NCBI GenBank assembly: GCA_021823345.1
Contig: JAKAOF010000004.1
Span: 15,055 to 79,054, forward strand
Length of the DNA stretch: 64,000 nucleotides
Direction: 5' to 3'
Source of the DNA: Thermoplasmata archaeon
GTDB taxonomy: Archaea > Thermoplasmatota > Thermoplasmata > Lutacidiplasmatales > UBA184
Shown here: one piece after another, positions 37,800 to 48,059 of the stretch
Layout: the number at the start of each line of letters is the position of its first letter
Position numbering within the stretch: the first letter of the stretch is position 1
Program-made: the position numbers and the translations under genes
Notes under the pieces: model-generated
The model's input: the letters and a program-made list of their open reading frames with translations, nothing else
What the model was told of the DNA's origin: nothing
The model's database searches: none

Positions 37800-38456
37800 T
37801 CACGAGAACCCGAAGGCCGGCAGCACGTCGCGGAGGTCCTTTCCCCGCACGATCTTGCTTGCTCCCGCCAGCACTAGATCGTCGTGGGCATTGAACGCGA
37901 CCCCGATGCGGGAGGCGCGAAAAAGACCCACGTCGATCTCGGAGTTCCCCACCGAGGCCGTCTCCGCGGGGGAGATCCCGAGCTGGGCCTGGAGCTTGCG
38001 GAGGATCTGTTCCTTCTGTTTGACCGGGACCCGGATGATCCCCCGGCGGAGGACCCCGTCCGCATCGGTCTCAAACCCATTGGCGAGGGAGTAGTCCATG
38101 ACGAGCTCGCTCCGGACCCGTTCCGCGAGGACATCGAGCCCCCCGCTGACGATCGCGGTGGTGACCCCCGCTTCCCGAAGCCGGGCCATGAGCTCCTGGG
38201 CGCCGGGCATGAGCGGCACCTTGGCGAGGATCTCCCGGAGGTCCTTCAGCGAGATGCGCGGGGCGTGCTGGTGCCACAAACTGAGGTCACGACGGACGAA
38301 TTCCTCATCCGTGATCTCGTCGGCCATGAAGGCGCGGACCGCCTCATCGTTGTTCTCCCCGAAATGCGCATGGACGTGGGCCCACGAGCTGACGATGTCG
38401 ACGAGGGTCCCGTCCATGTCGAACGCGACCAACCGGAGGCGACCCGGGGCCGTCAC
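37800..38456 (-). CDS. HAD-IB phosphatase (phosphoserine phosphatase-like)
   Basis: FDMDGTL motif I, IVSGG motif II, K motif III, VGNSEID motif IV. GTGA overlap with valS. Confidence 0.88.
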   Translation of the reverse strand: MTAPGRLRLVAFDMDGTLVDIVSSWAHVHAHFGENNDEAVRAFMADEITDEEFVRRDLSLWHQHAPRISLKDLREILAKVPLMPGAQELMARLREAGVTTAIVSGGLDVLAERVRSELVMDYSLANGFETDADGVLRRGIIRVPVKQKEQILRKLQAQLGISPAETASVGNSEIDVGLFRASRIGVAFNAHDDLVLAGASKIVRGKDLRDVLPAFGFS

Positions 38457-41119
38457 GGCCCTGCGTCCCCGTGCCGGGCCATCCGCTCCAGTCGCTCCCG
38501 GAGCTCGGCCACCTTGGCCTCGAGTTCGGTGCGCACGTTCGGGGGGGCCCGTGCCCGGAAAGTCGGATCGTCCAGCCGGGCCAAGGAGCGCTCGAGCAGT
38601 TGCTCGAGCATCTTGCGTTCCTTCTCCATCGCGACCGCCTCGGTGGACCCTCCCGCCTTCCGTGCGAGGTGGACCTCGGCGGGGGCCAGCACGAGGGAGG
38701 CCATGCCCGGGTGGGGAGTTCCCGCCTCCTCCGAGACCTGGATCTCCCCGACTTTGGAGAGGGTGGCGATGAGACGACGGGAATCCTCCGCGGCGAGGAT
38801 GGACCGGGAGGTCGCGAGGGTGGGGATGACGATCGCGGGAGGGCGGTCGGCGGGTGCCCAACCGGCCTCCCGGCTCAAGGTCCGCAGCCCGCGGGCGATC
38901 TCCTGGAACACGGCCACTTCGGCCTCGGCCCCGGTGTCGGGCGTTGGCCCCGAAGCCGGCCAGCGGGAGTGGGCCAGATAGTCCCCTTCATGCGGGATGG
39001 CGTGCCAAAGCTCCTCGGTGACGTGCGGGATGAACGGATGGAGGAGATGCAAAGCGCGGTCGACCACGAAGAGCGCCACGGCCCGTGTCTCCTGCTGAGC
39101 GACGGGACCTTGCAACCCCTTGAGCCGGTCCTTCTGGGCCTCGAGGTACCAGTCCGCGAGCTCGTGCCAGAGGAATTGGTAGAGCGTGGATGCGGCCCGG
39201 GTGAAATCATATTGATCCAGCAGCTCGGACACCGTGCGCTCGGCGTACGCGAGACGGGAGAGCGCCCATCGGTCGAAAAGATCGGTAGCGGGAGGAACGG
39301 TCGCGCCCGAGGGCTTCTGGTCGGGCGTGAGCGAGCCTTGGATGAGCCGTACCATGTTCCAGAGCTTCGTGATGAAGTTCCGGGCCCCCTCGAGGTGATG
39401 GGCATAGTCCCACCAGCCGCTCTGCTCGACCGGGTTGGGGAACATGAGGGCGAAGCGGAACGCGTCCGCGCCCCACTCCTCGATCATCTCGAGCGGGTCC
39501 GGTGAGTTCCCGAGGCTCTTCGAGAGCTTCCGCCCCTCGCGGTCCGTGAGGATCCCCGTCAGGTAGACGTCGCGGAAGGGCGGGGAATCCATGAAGGTCA
39601 GGGAGGCCATGATCATCCGGGCCACCCAGAAGAACACGATGTCCGAGCCCGTGACGAGCACCGCGGCCGGGAAGTATGCCGCGAGGTCCGGGGTCCGCTC
39701 CGGCCACCCCAGGGTGGCGAAGGGCCACAGCCACGAGGAGAACCAGGTATCGAGCACGTCGGGGTCGGGGTGGAGACGGGTTCCTCCGCACTTCGGGCAG
39801 GCGGTCGGTGCGGTTTCGAAGGCATCGTAGGCTCCGCACGCATCGCAGTACCACACCGGGATCTCGTGGCCCCAGATGATCTGACGGGAAATGCACCAGT
39901 CCTGGAGGTGTTCCATGAAATGATAGTAGGTCTTGGTCCACGCCTCCGGGTGGATCCGGACGTCACCCTTCTCCACGGCCTCGAGGGCGCGGCGACCCAT
40001 CTCCTTCACGTCCACGAACCACTGGGTGGAGAGTCGGGGCTCGATCGGCACGTTGGAGCGTTCGGAGTGGCCGACGTGCTGGAGATGGGGCTCCTCTTTC
40101 ACGAGGAGCCCACGCGACTGGAGCTGCTCCACGACGCGTTCCCGTGCCTCCCTCCAGAAGATCCCGCGGAGGTCCTCCGGTACGAACTCTCCCGACAGAT
40201 GCGCGCTCTCGTCGAGGATGTCCCTCCGCTGGGTGATCTCGGGATGGCGCCGGGCGATGGCGAAGTCCGCCGGGTCATGGGAGGGGGTGATCTTGAGGGC
40301 TCCGTTCCCGAAGGTCCGGTCGACCGCGGTATCCGCGATGATCGGGATGTTCCGGTCGGTGAGGGGCAGACGCACCTTGCGACCCACGAGGTCCCGGTAG
40401 CGCTCGTCCTCGGGGTGGACGGCCACGGCCACGTCGCCGAAGAGCGTTTCCGGCCGGGTCGTGGCGACCGTGATCCCTGGCCCTTCCCCCTCCGAAAAGG
40501 GGTAGCGGATGTACCAAAGCTTTCCGTGGACCTCCACCGGGACCACTTCGAGGTCCGAGATGGCCGTCCGGACCTTGGGGTCCCAGTTGACCATGCGCTC
40601 GGCCCGGTAGATCAGCCCCCGACGGTAAAGGTCGAGGAACGACGTGCGCACCGCGGTGCGGTACCGGGGGTCCATCGTGTAGACGTACCGCGTCCAGTCC
40701 AGGGACAGGCCGTGCGAGGTGAGCTGGCGTCGGATGTACGACTCCTTCTCCGTCTTCCAATCCTCGATGTGGGACGCGAGCTCCGACCGGGTGAGGGTGG
40801 TCGGGTTGACCCCCTTCTTCTCGAGCGACTTTCGCACGGCCATCTGGGTGGCGAGCCCGGCATGGTCGACCCCGGGGAGCCAGAGCGTCGGGATGCCCTC
40901 CATGCGCTTTCGGCGCACCAGCACGTCCATGCAGGTGTCCCCGAGACTGTGCCCGAGGGTGAGCGTGCCCGTCACGTTGGGGGGTGGAAGCAGGACGGTG
41001 TAGTGGGGAGCGGCCCCCCCGAGGGGGGGCGCCTGGAAGAGATGGTGAGCCTCCCACTCTCCTTGCCAACGGGCCTCGAAGGCCTTGGGCAGGTAGCGGG
41101 GCGGAAGCGGGGTTGCCAT
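38453..41119 (-). CDS. valS: Valine--tRNA ligase
   Basis: PPPNVTG.L.LGH, GVDHAGLATQ, ATTRPET, DWCISRQ, DVLDTWFSS, KLSKS, C-terminal coiled coil. Confidence 0.97.
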   Translation of the reverse strand: MATPLPPRYLPKAFEARWQGEWEAHHLFQAPPLGGAAPHYTVLLPPPNVTGTLTLGHSLGDTCMDVLVRRKRMEGIPTLWLPGVDHAGLATQMAVRKSLEKKGVNPTTLTRSELASHIEDWKTEKESYIRRQLTSHGLSLDWTRYVYTMDPRYRTAVRTSFLDLYRRGLIYRAERMVNWDPKVRTAISDLEVVPVEVHGKLWYIRYPFSEGEGPGITVATTRPETLFGDVAVAVHPEDERYRDLVGRKVRLPLTDRNIPIIADTAVDRTFGNGALKITPSHDPADFAIARRHPEITQRRDILDESAHLSGEFVPEDLRGIFWREARERVVEQLQSRGLLVKEEPHLQHVGHSERSNVPIEPRLSTQWFVDVKEMGRRALEAVEKGDVRIHPEAWTKTYYHFMEHLQDWCISRQIIWGHEIPVWYCDACGAYDAFETAPTACPKCGGTRLHPDPDVLDTWFSSWLWPFATLGWPERTPDLAAYFPAAVLVTGSDIVFFWVARMIMASLTFMDSPPFRDVYLTGILTDREGRKLSKSLGNSPDPLEMIEEWGADAFRFALMFPNPVEQSGWWDYAHHLEGARNFITKLWNMVRLIQGSLTPDQKPSGATVPPATDLFDRWALSRLAYAERTVSELLDQYDFTRAASTLYQFLWHELADWYLEAQKDRLKGLQGPVAQQETRAVALFVVDRALHLLHPFIPHVTEELWHAIPHEGDYLAHSRWPASGPTPDTGAEAEVAVFQEIARGLRTLSREAGWAPADRPPAIVIPTLATSRSILAAEDSRRLIATLSKVGEIQVSEEAGTPHPGMASLVLAPAEVHLARKAGGSTEAVAMEKERKMLEQLLERSLARLDDPTFRARAPPNVRTELEAKVAELRERLERMARHGDAGP

Positions 41120-41150
41120 GGTTCGCGCGGAGGGCAGGCGGGCTCACCCA

Positions 41151-41822
41151 TTAAGTTGTGCGCACGGGCCGCAAGCTCGGGGAGGGAGCGCTCAATAGCC
41201 GCTCGAGCCGGCCCCGCACTTCGGTCCATTCTGGGAGGAGGATGCTGTAGTAGACGGAGTCCCGGTACGTGCCGTCGGGGAGGCGCATATGGTGCCGTAA
41301 CACCCCTTCCCGTACGGCGCCGATCTTCTCCATCGCCTTCTGGGACCGGAGGTTCCGGACGTCGGTCTTGAGCTCCACCCGCTCGACCCCCTCCTGCTCG
41401 AAGGCGTGACGGAGCAGCAGGTACTTGGCCTCGACGTTCACGCCGGTTCCCCAGAGCCGCGCCGGAAGCCACGACCCGCCGATCTCGACCCGGCGGTGTT
41501 CGCGGCGGATCTCCATGAAACGTGTCATCCCCACCAGGCGGTGGCCTTCGGGAACGTACTCGATGGTGAAGGGGAGCGCGGTGCCTCGGTTCCGCTCGGC
41601 CAAGAGATCGTCGATGGACCGACGCAGCGTGCGCTCATCGGTGGGCGGGGTCTTGCTCCACCACTCCCAGATGTGCGGGTCCTGGGCTTCTTGGAGCAGC
41701 GGCAGGGTGTGGTCCTGGGAGAGCGGAACGAGTCGGACCCGCTTCCCTTCCAATTCGACCGGGGTCGCCAACATCGGAATTCCCCCGGGAGAGCTCGCGG
41801 CCCTTCTTGAGGGTTCGGTCAC
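41151..41822 (-). CDS. RimJ/RimL-family GNAT acetyltransferase
   Basis: VEIGGSW..WGTGVNVEAKYLLL, NLRSQKAMEKIGAVREG..RDSVYYSIL. Confidence 0.9.
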   Translation of the reverse strand: MTEPSRRAASSPGGIPMLATPVELEGKRVRLVPLSQDHTLPLLQEAQDPHIWEWWSKTPPTDERTLRRSIDDLLAERNRGTALPFTIEYVPEGHRLVGMTRFMEIRREHRRVEIGGSWLPARLWGTGVNVEAKYLLLRHAFEQEGVERVELKTDVRNLRSQKAMEKIGAVREGVLRHHMRLPDGTYRDSVYYSILLPEWTEVRGRLERLLSAPSPSLRPVRTT

Positions 41823-41896
41823 GGGGCCACGACCGACCCCGCCCCGGGCGGTACGACCGTAAAGGTTAAGACCGACCCGGGAGGTGGGAAGGTCCC

Positions 41897-42031
41897 ATGT
41901 TTCGCTGCGTGCGCTGCGGGGAGCCTCTCCCGGCAGATTACAACAGCTACGGAGTCCGGTGTGACTACTGTCACTCCAAGATCTTCCGAAAGGAGCACCC
42001 GAACGTCAAGAAAGTGCTCAAGGCTCGGTAA
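41897..42031 (+). CDS. rpoP: DNA-directed RNA polymerase subunit P (Rpo12)
   Basis: 44 aa MFRCVRCGEPLPADYNSYGVRCDYCHSKIFRKEHPNVKKVLKAR. AAAGGTTAAG BRE/TATA at 41861-41870. Below the ORF-track size cutoff. Confidence 0.92.
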   Translation: MFRCVRCGEPLPADYNSYGVRCDYCHSKIFRKEHPNVKKVLKAR

Positions 42032-42084
42032 GAACCCCTCCTAGCGACGGACCGTCTCCCAGGATCCCAGAGGGGGGAAGGCAA

Positions 42085-43017
42085 CTACCGGTAGTCCGCG
42101 GATACGCCCCGGTAGGTGAAGCTGAGCAGGATGAGCACGGCGAGTCCGAACAAGCTGGCTAGGGTCGCCACGATGACGGCGACCGGAAGTACCTCGACGT
42201 AGACGTTCTCGATCCCCAAGAAGAACGGAAGGAGCGGGGTGATCACGGCCGACATCCCTCCCACCACGAGCCGCGGGATGCTGCGGCGGTGGTAGTAGGA
42301 GTAGGCTCCCCAGAGGACCACTAATCCCCCCAGGGCCGCCAGGACCGAGGCGGAATACATGAGCGCGAGGAACGTCTCGAGGTCGGGGAACTCCGAGTAA
42401 CCCGGACTCCAGGAGATGTTCGAGTTCCCCGGGATCATCCCGACGTTGAGGTCCGTCAGGTTCCCGCTGGGGTCCAGGTAGAAGCTGGACAGGAAGAGCG
42501 TGAGGTTGGTGGTCTCGTACCCGGAGAGGGAGAACTCGAGCAGGTGGTATCCACCGGAAAGTCCCGAGATCTGGAAGTCCCCGGCCGAGTTGGTAAAGAT
42601 CACTCGCGGTTGGGTCATGGGGTCGACCACGATCATCACTCCCGAGAGGGAGCCCGAGGAGGAGGTCACCACGCCCCCGGCACGGTAGGAGGGGTGCCCG
42701 ATGGATCCTCCGATCCCGAGGACCCCGAAGACCCCCGCAAGGAGGAGGATCCCCGCGACGGCCACGATGAGCATGTTGACCAAGAACCGGGATTGGCCAG
42801 GGGTCGGGCGTCGCGGCCACGCCGGAGCGGGATAGACTCCCGGAAAGATCTCCCAGGAGTAGAGCGGGGGAGTGGACGGAGATGGGAGGCTGGGACAGAG
42901 ACTCCGGCACCGCGGGCACGACGCCCAGGTGAGCTGGCTCGGATGGAGGGGGTGCCCCCAACTGAAGCGGAAGCCGCAGGTGGGGCAACGGAGGTCCGCG
43001 GGAGGTGGGGGAATCAC
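42085..43017 (-). CDS. Zn-ribbon membrane protein with a carboxypeptidase-regulatory-like domain
   Basis: CPTC..CPRC, TM, TNSAGDFQISGL..GY..LEFSLSGY, then 3 TM. Confidence 0.8.
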   Translation of the reverse strand: MIPPPPADLRCPTCGFRFSWGHPLHPSQLTWASCPRCRSLCPSLPSPSTPPLYSWEIFPGVYPAPAWPRRPTPGQSRFLVNMLIVAVAGILLLAGVFGVLGIGGSIGHPSYRAGGVVTSSSGSLSGVMIVVDPMTQPRVIFTNSAGDFQISGLSGGYHLLEFSLSGYETTNLTLFLSSFYLDPSGNLTDLNVGMIPGNSNISWSPGYSEFPDLETFLALMYSASVLAALGGLVVLWGAYSYYHRRSIPRLVVGGMSAVITPLLPFFLGIENVYVEVLPVAVIVATLASLFGLAVLILLSFTYRGVSADYR

Positions 43018-43075
43018 GCAGGGTCGAAGGTTCGGTGTGTCTTAATGATGGCGTCCCCGCCCCCCCGGGTCCTGG

Positions 43076-45976
43076 CTATTCCTCCGGGGTGGGGGCGGGG
43101 CTTTCGCCCGCCGCACTCTCGGTGGAGCCGGAGGGTTCCTTGGGCTCCTCCGACGGGGAGCCCTCCTGGGGTTCCGGCGGGGGGGAGCTCTCTTCGGGTC
43201 CCTTCGACTCCTTCTCGGCATCGTCCGCAGGGGTCTCCTTGGAGGTCGAGGTCTCCTTCTCTTCTGACGGGGGCGAGGTCTTCTCTGCCGCCGCGGACGG
43301 GGGCTCCCGGCGGCGAGTGAGCGCCAGGGCGAGCGCGATCACTAGCAGGACGACCAGTCCGATGAGGAGGATCTCCTCAGGGGAGATCGAACTGCTGGAG
43401 GTGGTCGTGGCGTTCCCCTTCGGCGCGGGGCTCGAGGAGGGTTTGGCGATCACCGAGAGCGAGGCGAAGGCGCTCGTGGCGGTGTAGTTGGTGGCACGCA
43501 CCACGGCCGTGATCAGTACCGCACCCGGGACGGAACCCGCGGTGAGCGAGAAGTTCGCCACGCCGGCCGAGTTCGTGCTGGCGGTCGCCGGGGACACCGT
43601 GCTGCCCGTCCCGGAGGAGAGCGTCAGGTTGACCGAGGCCCCGGCGATCGGCTTGCTCGAGGTGGCATTGACCACCGTCACGCTGAAGGAGGAGACGTTC
43701 CCCTCCCACACCGCAAGCGTTCCCGGAGTGATACGGGCCGACAACGGGGAGGCGCCCGGCGGTGAGATGACCGGAGATACGCTCACCTCGATCACGGCCG
43801 CGGCCGAGGCATGGGCGAACTGGGGTGCCGTGATGTCGGCGCTCACCAGGATGGCCTGGGAGGTCGCAAGGTTCGCGGAGGCCGTGACCACAAAGGTCGT
43901 CTTTCCGTTCGAACCGGTGATCGCCGGGGGAGTGGTCAGGGTGCCCGGACCGCTGAGGGTGATCGTCGTGCTCGCCCCGGGGACGGCAACCCCCGTCGCG
44001 TTGGTCACGGCGAGGGTGAAGCTGACCGTTTGCCCTGGGGAGATGGACGAGTTGACCGGGGTCAGGACGCCGGACATGGCACTCAACCCCGACCCGGTCG
44101 AGCCTCCGGCAAGGACTCCGACGGTCGCGCTGCCCGTGGTCGAGCCCGCCCCCGTCAGGTTGGCGGAGAGGTTCACGCGGACCGTGTAGTTCACGGGGCT
44201 GTACGGCGGAGCTTTCCAGGAGAACGTCGCAGTGCCGCTCGCATTGCTCACCGCGGACTGCGTGAGCGGGGTGCCGAGGGGGAACGTGGCATCGACGGTC
44301 GCCCCCACCGCCGGGGTCTGCGTCCCCAGCGCGGGTCCCGTGGTCACGTTCACCGTCATCGTGGTGGTCATCCCGGAACCCACGGGGTCCGGGGAAAAGC
44401 GGGTCGCACCCAGCTTGATGACCGGGGGAGCGGCGGCGCCGTAGGCGCTCAGCTCGGCACCGGTGCCAAACAGGGGGTCAGAGAACACGTAGAGCCGGTC
44501 GTAGGCAAGGGCGAAGGAAGAGCGGATGTCGGAGGTCGTGTTGGCGTGCCAGGACGGCGCACCCGTGGAGACGTTCAAGGCGAAAACCGTCCCGGTGCTG
44601 TTCGCCACGTAGACCGTGTCGCCCGCGATCGCGGGCGATCCGGCGCTCGTCTGGGCCGCCCCAAGGGATTCCTCCCATGCGAGCGAGAATGACGGGGTCC
44701 CTCCCGCTGGGGCGGAGTAGTTCCACCGGCTCACGGACCCATTGAGGTCATTGATGATGAGACCAACCGAAGTGCTGTTGATCGGCACGACCGCCGGGGC
44801 CGAGAGGGTCCCGTCGTTCGTCGCGCCGGTGGCACTCAGGGGGGTGACCGCGAGCAGCGGCGTGGCCACGTTCGACAGGTTGACGGCCACGAGGTGGCTC
44901 GTCCCCGCCCCACCGTCATTGTCCCCGAAGAAGGCCACGGGATAGTTGCCACCCGGGGTGCTGATATTGACCACGGCGACGGAACTCGACTCGGTTCCGC
45001 CGGCGAAGTGGATATTGGTGGGACCGCCCAGATGCACTGTGAGGGGGTAGCCCGTGAGGTACGGAAGGGCCGAGGCATTGCTCAAGTTCAACGCGTCCAC
45101 CACGTTGTTGGCCGCGTCCAAGGAGATGGCGGCCCACCCGGCACCGGGCACGTAGGCGACCGCGGGGGTCGAGGTGGTGCGCTCGTTCACGCCGTAGCCC
45201 GCCACGGCCGCGACGCTGCTGCCCACGGGGATGATGGCGGTGCCGTTCCATTCGAAGGTGTAGGCGTACCCGGCGTCATCCAAGAGGAGGAAGCCGGAAT
45301 GTCCGCTGAACTGGTCAGGCCCGAGCGGGATGGGAGAGCTCGGGACCAGGTTGCCGCTCCAGAGCGCTCCCGCGGCGTCGGGGGCAAAGCTCCCGAGGTT
45401 GAGTCCGGTGCGGGCATCCATGATGTACACGTAGCTGCAATGGTTCCGTGCGCCGCAGGCGGGGTGGTTCGGACCCTGGGGCGTCTGGTAGTCCTGGGAA
45501 ACGATCAGCCAGCCGTTCCAGAGGAGCGGGGTCTCATCGACCACGAACTGGCCCCCGCCCGCATTGGGAGTGAGCGTCCGGTTCCAGACCGGGGTTCCCT
45601 CGGAGGCGTTGTAGGCGAAGATCGCGTTCCCTTCAGGGATGTAGACATTCCCGTATCCGGAGACCGGAGAACCTACACTGGGGGTCAGTGCGCCCGATGG
45701 GACCGTTGGTAGCGAGAAGTTCCAGGCCAATGTGCTCGCGACGGGAGGGTTCGAGGACCGGCCCGAATTGTTCGTATCATGCTGGAACTCGAGCCATACA
45801 TCGTTCGCGGCGCCGGGAGAGGGGGCAACGAGGGTGGAGGCGAAAGACACCGAGCGGCCGTTCTGCGCGTGAGCGGCGACGGGCACCGCCACGATCCCGG
45901 TCGGGGAGAGCAGTCCAAGGACCACCAGGATGAGTCCGACGGAGACGTACAGAGCTGTCGCTGAGTTTTTCGCCAT
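43076..45976 (-). CDS. PQQ-like beta-propeller plus Ig-like surface protein
   Basis: Signal peptide, WLEFQHDTNNSG, SPAIAGDTVYV..VFALNVSTG..W, Big_1 repeats, TM, acidic tail. Confidence 0.88.
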   Translation of the reverse strand: MAKNSATALYVSVGLILVVLGLLSPTGIVAVPVAAHAQNGRSVSFASTLVAPSPGAANDVWLEFQHDTNNSGRSSNPPVASTLAWNFSLPTVPSGALTPSVGSPVSGYGNVYIPEGNAIFAYNASEGTPVWNRTLTPNAGGGQFVVDETPLLWNGWLIVSQDYQTPQGPNHPACGARNHCSYVYIMDARTGLNLGSFAPDAAGALWSGNLVPSSPIPLGPDQFSGHSGFLLLDDAGYAYTFEWNGTAIIPVGSSVAAVAGYGVNERTTSTPAVAYVPGAGWAAISLDAANNVVDALNLSNASALPYLTGYPLTVHLGGPTNIHFAGGTESSSVAVVNISTPGGNYPVAFFGDNDGGAGTSHLVAVNLSNVATPLLAVTPLSATGATNDGTLSAPAVVPINSTSVGLIINDLNGSVSRWNYSAPAGGTPSFSLAWEESLGAAQTSAGSPAIAGDTVYVANSTGTVFALNVSTGAPSWHANTTSDIRSSFALAYDRLYVFSDPLFGTGAELSAYGAAAPPVIKLGATRFSPDPVGSGMTTTMTVNVTTGPALGTQTPAVGATVDATFPLGTPLTQSAVSNASGTATFSWKAPPYSPVNYTVRVNLSANLTGAGSTTGSATVGVLAGGSTGSGLSAMSGVLTPVNSSISPGQTVSFTLAVTNATGVAVPGASTTITLSGPGTLTTPPAITGSNGKTTFVVTASANLATSQAILVSADITAPQFAHASAAAVIEVSVSPVISPPGASPLSARITPGTLAVWEGNVSSFSVTVVNATSSKPIAGASVNLTLSSGTGSTVSPATASTNSAGVANFSLTAGSVPGAVLITAVVRATNYTATSAFASLSVIAKPSSSPAPKGNATTTSSSSISPEEILLIGLVVLLVIALALALTRRREPPSAAAEKTSPPSEEKETSTSKETPADDAEKESKGPEESSPPPEPQEGSPSEEPKEPSGSTESAAGESPAPTPEE

Positions 45977-46121
45977 GAACGTACAAGATTCCGATGGAAT
46001 ATAATGTAGTTATCCGAAGTGACATTCGGCACTTGTCGATGGACGGGGCGCTGGTCCGCCGCACCGTCCCGTCCAGGGGTCCCGCACAGGCAATATGGCC
46101 AGCAGCCCCTATTGTGTACCC

Positions 46122-46727
46122 ATGGTACGTCCGAATACGCGCCCCGGGGTCTCGAAACCACACCCCCGGGTCATGGCCTTCGACGACGCGCCCTTCACGT
46201 TCGAGAGCGAGACCACCCCGATCGTCGGAGTGGTGGTGACGCTGCCGTCGTACGTGGAAGGGGTCCTCCGCGGGGAGGTCCACGTCGACGGTGAGGATGC
46301 GACCTCGGAACTCATCCGACTGATCTCGGCCTCGACGACCCGGGAGGCGACGCAGTCGATCCTCCTAGATGGCATCGCCCTCGGCGGTTTCAACGTCGTC
46401 GACCTGGACCGGCTCCATGCGGAGACCGGCCTTCCCGTCATCACGGTCACCCGGACGGAACCGGACATCCCGTCCATGGAGCGGGCGATCCGCGAGCACC
46501 TTCCCGGCCGAGAGGATGCCGTGCGCCACCTCCGGTCCCACCCGTTGTTTCCCCTAGGGGTACGTCCACGCCCCTTGTGGGTGTCCGCCGTCGGAGTGGA
46601 CCCGGAAGCGGCCAAGATGCTCCTTCGAAAGTGCCTGGTACGCGGGTCGTTCCCGGAACCGCTCCGGCTCGCCCACCTGTTCGCATCCGTGACCTCCCCG
46701 GGCCCTCTTTCGCGTTCCCGGGCCTGA
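46122..46727 (+). CDS. DUF99 family protein (endonuclease V-like)
   Basis: AFDDAPF, VDGEDAT, LLDGIALGGFNVVD, PEPLRLAH. Confidence 0.9.
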   Translation: MVRPNTRPGVSKPHPRVMAFDDAPFTFESETTPIVGVVVTLPSYVEGVLRGEVHVDGEDATSELIRLISASTTREATQSILLDGIALGGFNVVDLDRLHAETGLPVITVTRTEPDIPSMERAIREHLPGREDAVRHLRSHPLFPLGVRPRPLWVSAVGVDPEAAKMLLRKCLVRGSFPEPLRLAHLFASVTSPGPLSRSRA

Positions 46728-46811
46728 GCCGGTTCCCGGGACCCCACCCCTCGCAGGTGCGTCCTTCTCCGGCAAGGGGCTTATATGTTGCCCGGACCGT
46801 TCTACCTGTAG

Positions 46812-48059
46812 ATGATGGGCACGGGCCTGAGCGATGAGGGGGGCCGGGTCGAGGACTTCCGTTTCCTCCTGCCCCGCCAGTACGGGTATGAGCTCTCCCA
46901 CGAGCAGCATGCCCTCTACATCCGGGTCCCCGCTTCGACGGTGACGGAGATCACCCCGGAAGGGCTCCACATCTTGGAACGCAACCTCGAGCGCTGGGCG
47001 CACGACATCCGGGAAAGCATGCTCACGACCTTTGTCATCTCCGACAAGGATTTTGTCGAGCTCGAGACGGGAAATTTCCTGACGCTGCTCAAGAACCGCA
47101 ACGTCGGCCCCATCCGGGAGGCCGTGAGCGACCTCCTGCGAAGGATCGAGACCGGGAGGGACGTCAAGCTGCGCCGGATCCTCAACGAGCTCTCCGCGGA
47201 CCGGGAAGGAGAACTGCTCTCCTCGATCCGACACGGGGGGAAGGCTTCGCGGCGGCTCGTCACCGGCCGCCGGGGACGGGTGGTGGCCTATCGGTCGGCC
47301 CCCCCGGAGGGGCCGCAGGACATCGCGGTCATCCCTACCGTCCGGGCGGCCATTCGTCGCGGAGCCAAGGTCACGAACCGTCTCCAGATCCAGAAACAGG
47401 ACATCCAGGAGAACATCCGGTACGCCCGGATCGGCTCGTATCTCGGGCTCGTCGTCGACACGAGCACCTACGACGAGGAGGCGCGGCAGCAGATGGAAGG
47501 GATCGTCCGTTCCCTCCTGCTCGATGCCTACGAACGGCGGGACCGGGTCGCCCTCATCCTCTCCCGCGGGGACCGGGCCCAGATCGTCTCGGACTTCACC
47601 TCCGACCTCGAGATCATCCGGGCCACGTTCGAGCGGACCGAGTGGGGGGGCCTAAGTCCGTTCTCCTCCGGGGTCATGGAAGGGGCGAAGCTCTTCCTCC
47701 TCCGGCTGGCCGACACGATCGATGCGGTCAAGGTCCTCATCCTCGTGACGACGGGCAAGGCGAACGTGCCCATGGTCCAAGGCGGGAACGTCCGACGGGA
47801 ACTCGATATGCTCCCCCACAGTTTTGCCGGCATCGACCTGAGCTCGATCGTGATCGACGTCACCACCCACGGCTCCCCGTACCTCCGGGAATTCGCCACG
47901 ATCGCTCGGGCCCGGTATTATCACCCCAGCACGGTGCGCTACCACAAGGTGACGCTCGCCAACGAGATGTTGACCGCCTTCGAGACCGGGGAACGAGAGC
48001 GCTCGACCCATGTGGGAAAGGCATTCCTCGACCGGCTTCGGGACAGCCCCGGCACGTGA
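46812..48059 (+). CDS. vWA-domain protein related to the chelatase subunit D C-terminus
   Basis: DIAVIPTVRAA, LVVDTS, LLDAYERRDRVALI, GGLSP, TTGKANVP. TTATAT box at 46781. Confidence 0.82.
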   Translation: MMGTGLSDEGGRVEDFRFLLPRQYGYELSHEQHALYIRVPASTVTEITPEGLHILERNLERWAHDIRESMLTTFVISDKDFVELETGNFLTLLKNRNVGPIREAVSDLLRRIETGRDVKLRRILNELSADREGELLSSIRHGGKASRRLVTGRRGRVVAYRSAPPEGPQDIAVIPTVRAAIRRGAKVTNRLQIQKQDIQENIRYARIGSYLGLVVDTSTYDEEARQQMEGIVRSLLLDAYERRDRVALILSRGDRAQIVSDFTSDLEIIRATFERTEWGGLSPFSSGVMEGAKLFLLRLADTIDAVKVLILVTTGKANVPMVQGGNVRRELDMLPHSFAGIDLSSIVIDVTTHGSPYLREFATIARARYYHPSTVRYHKVTLANEMLTAFETGERERSTHVGKAFLDRLRDSPGT

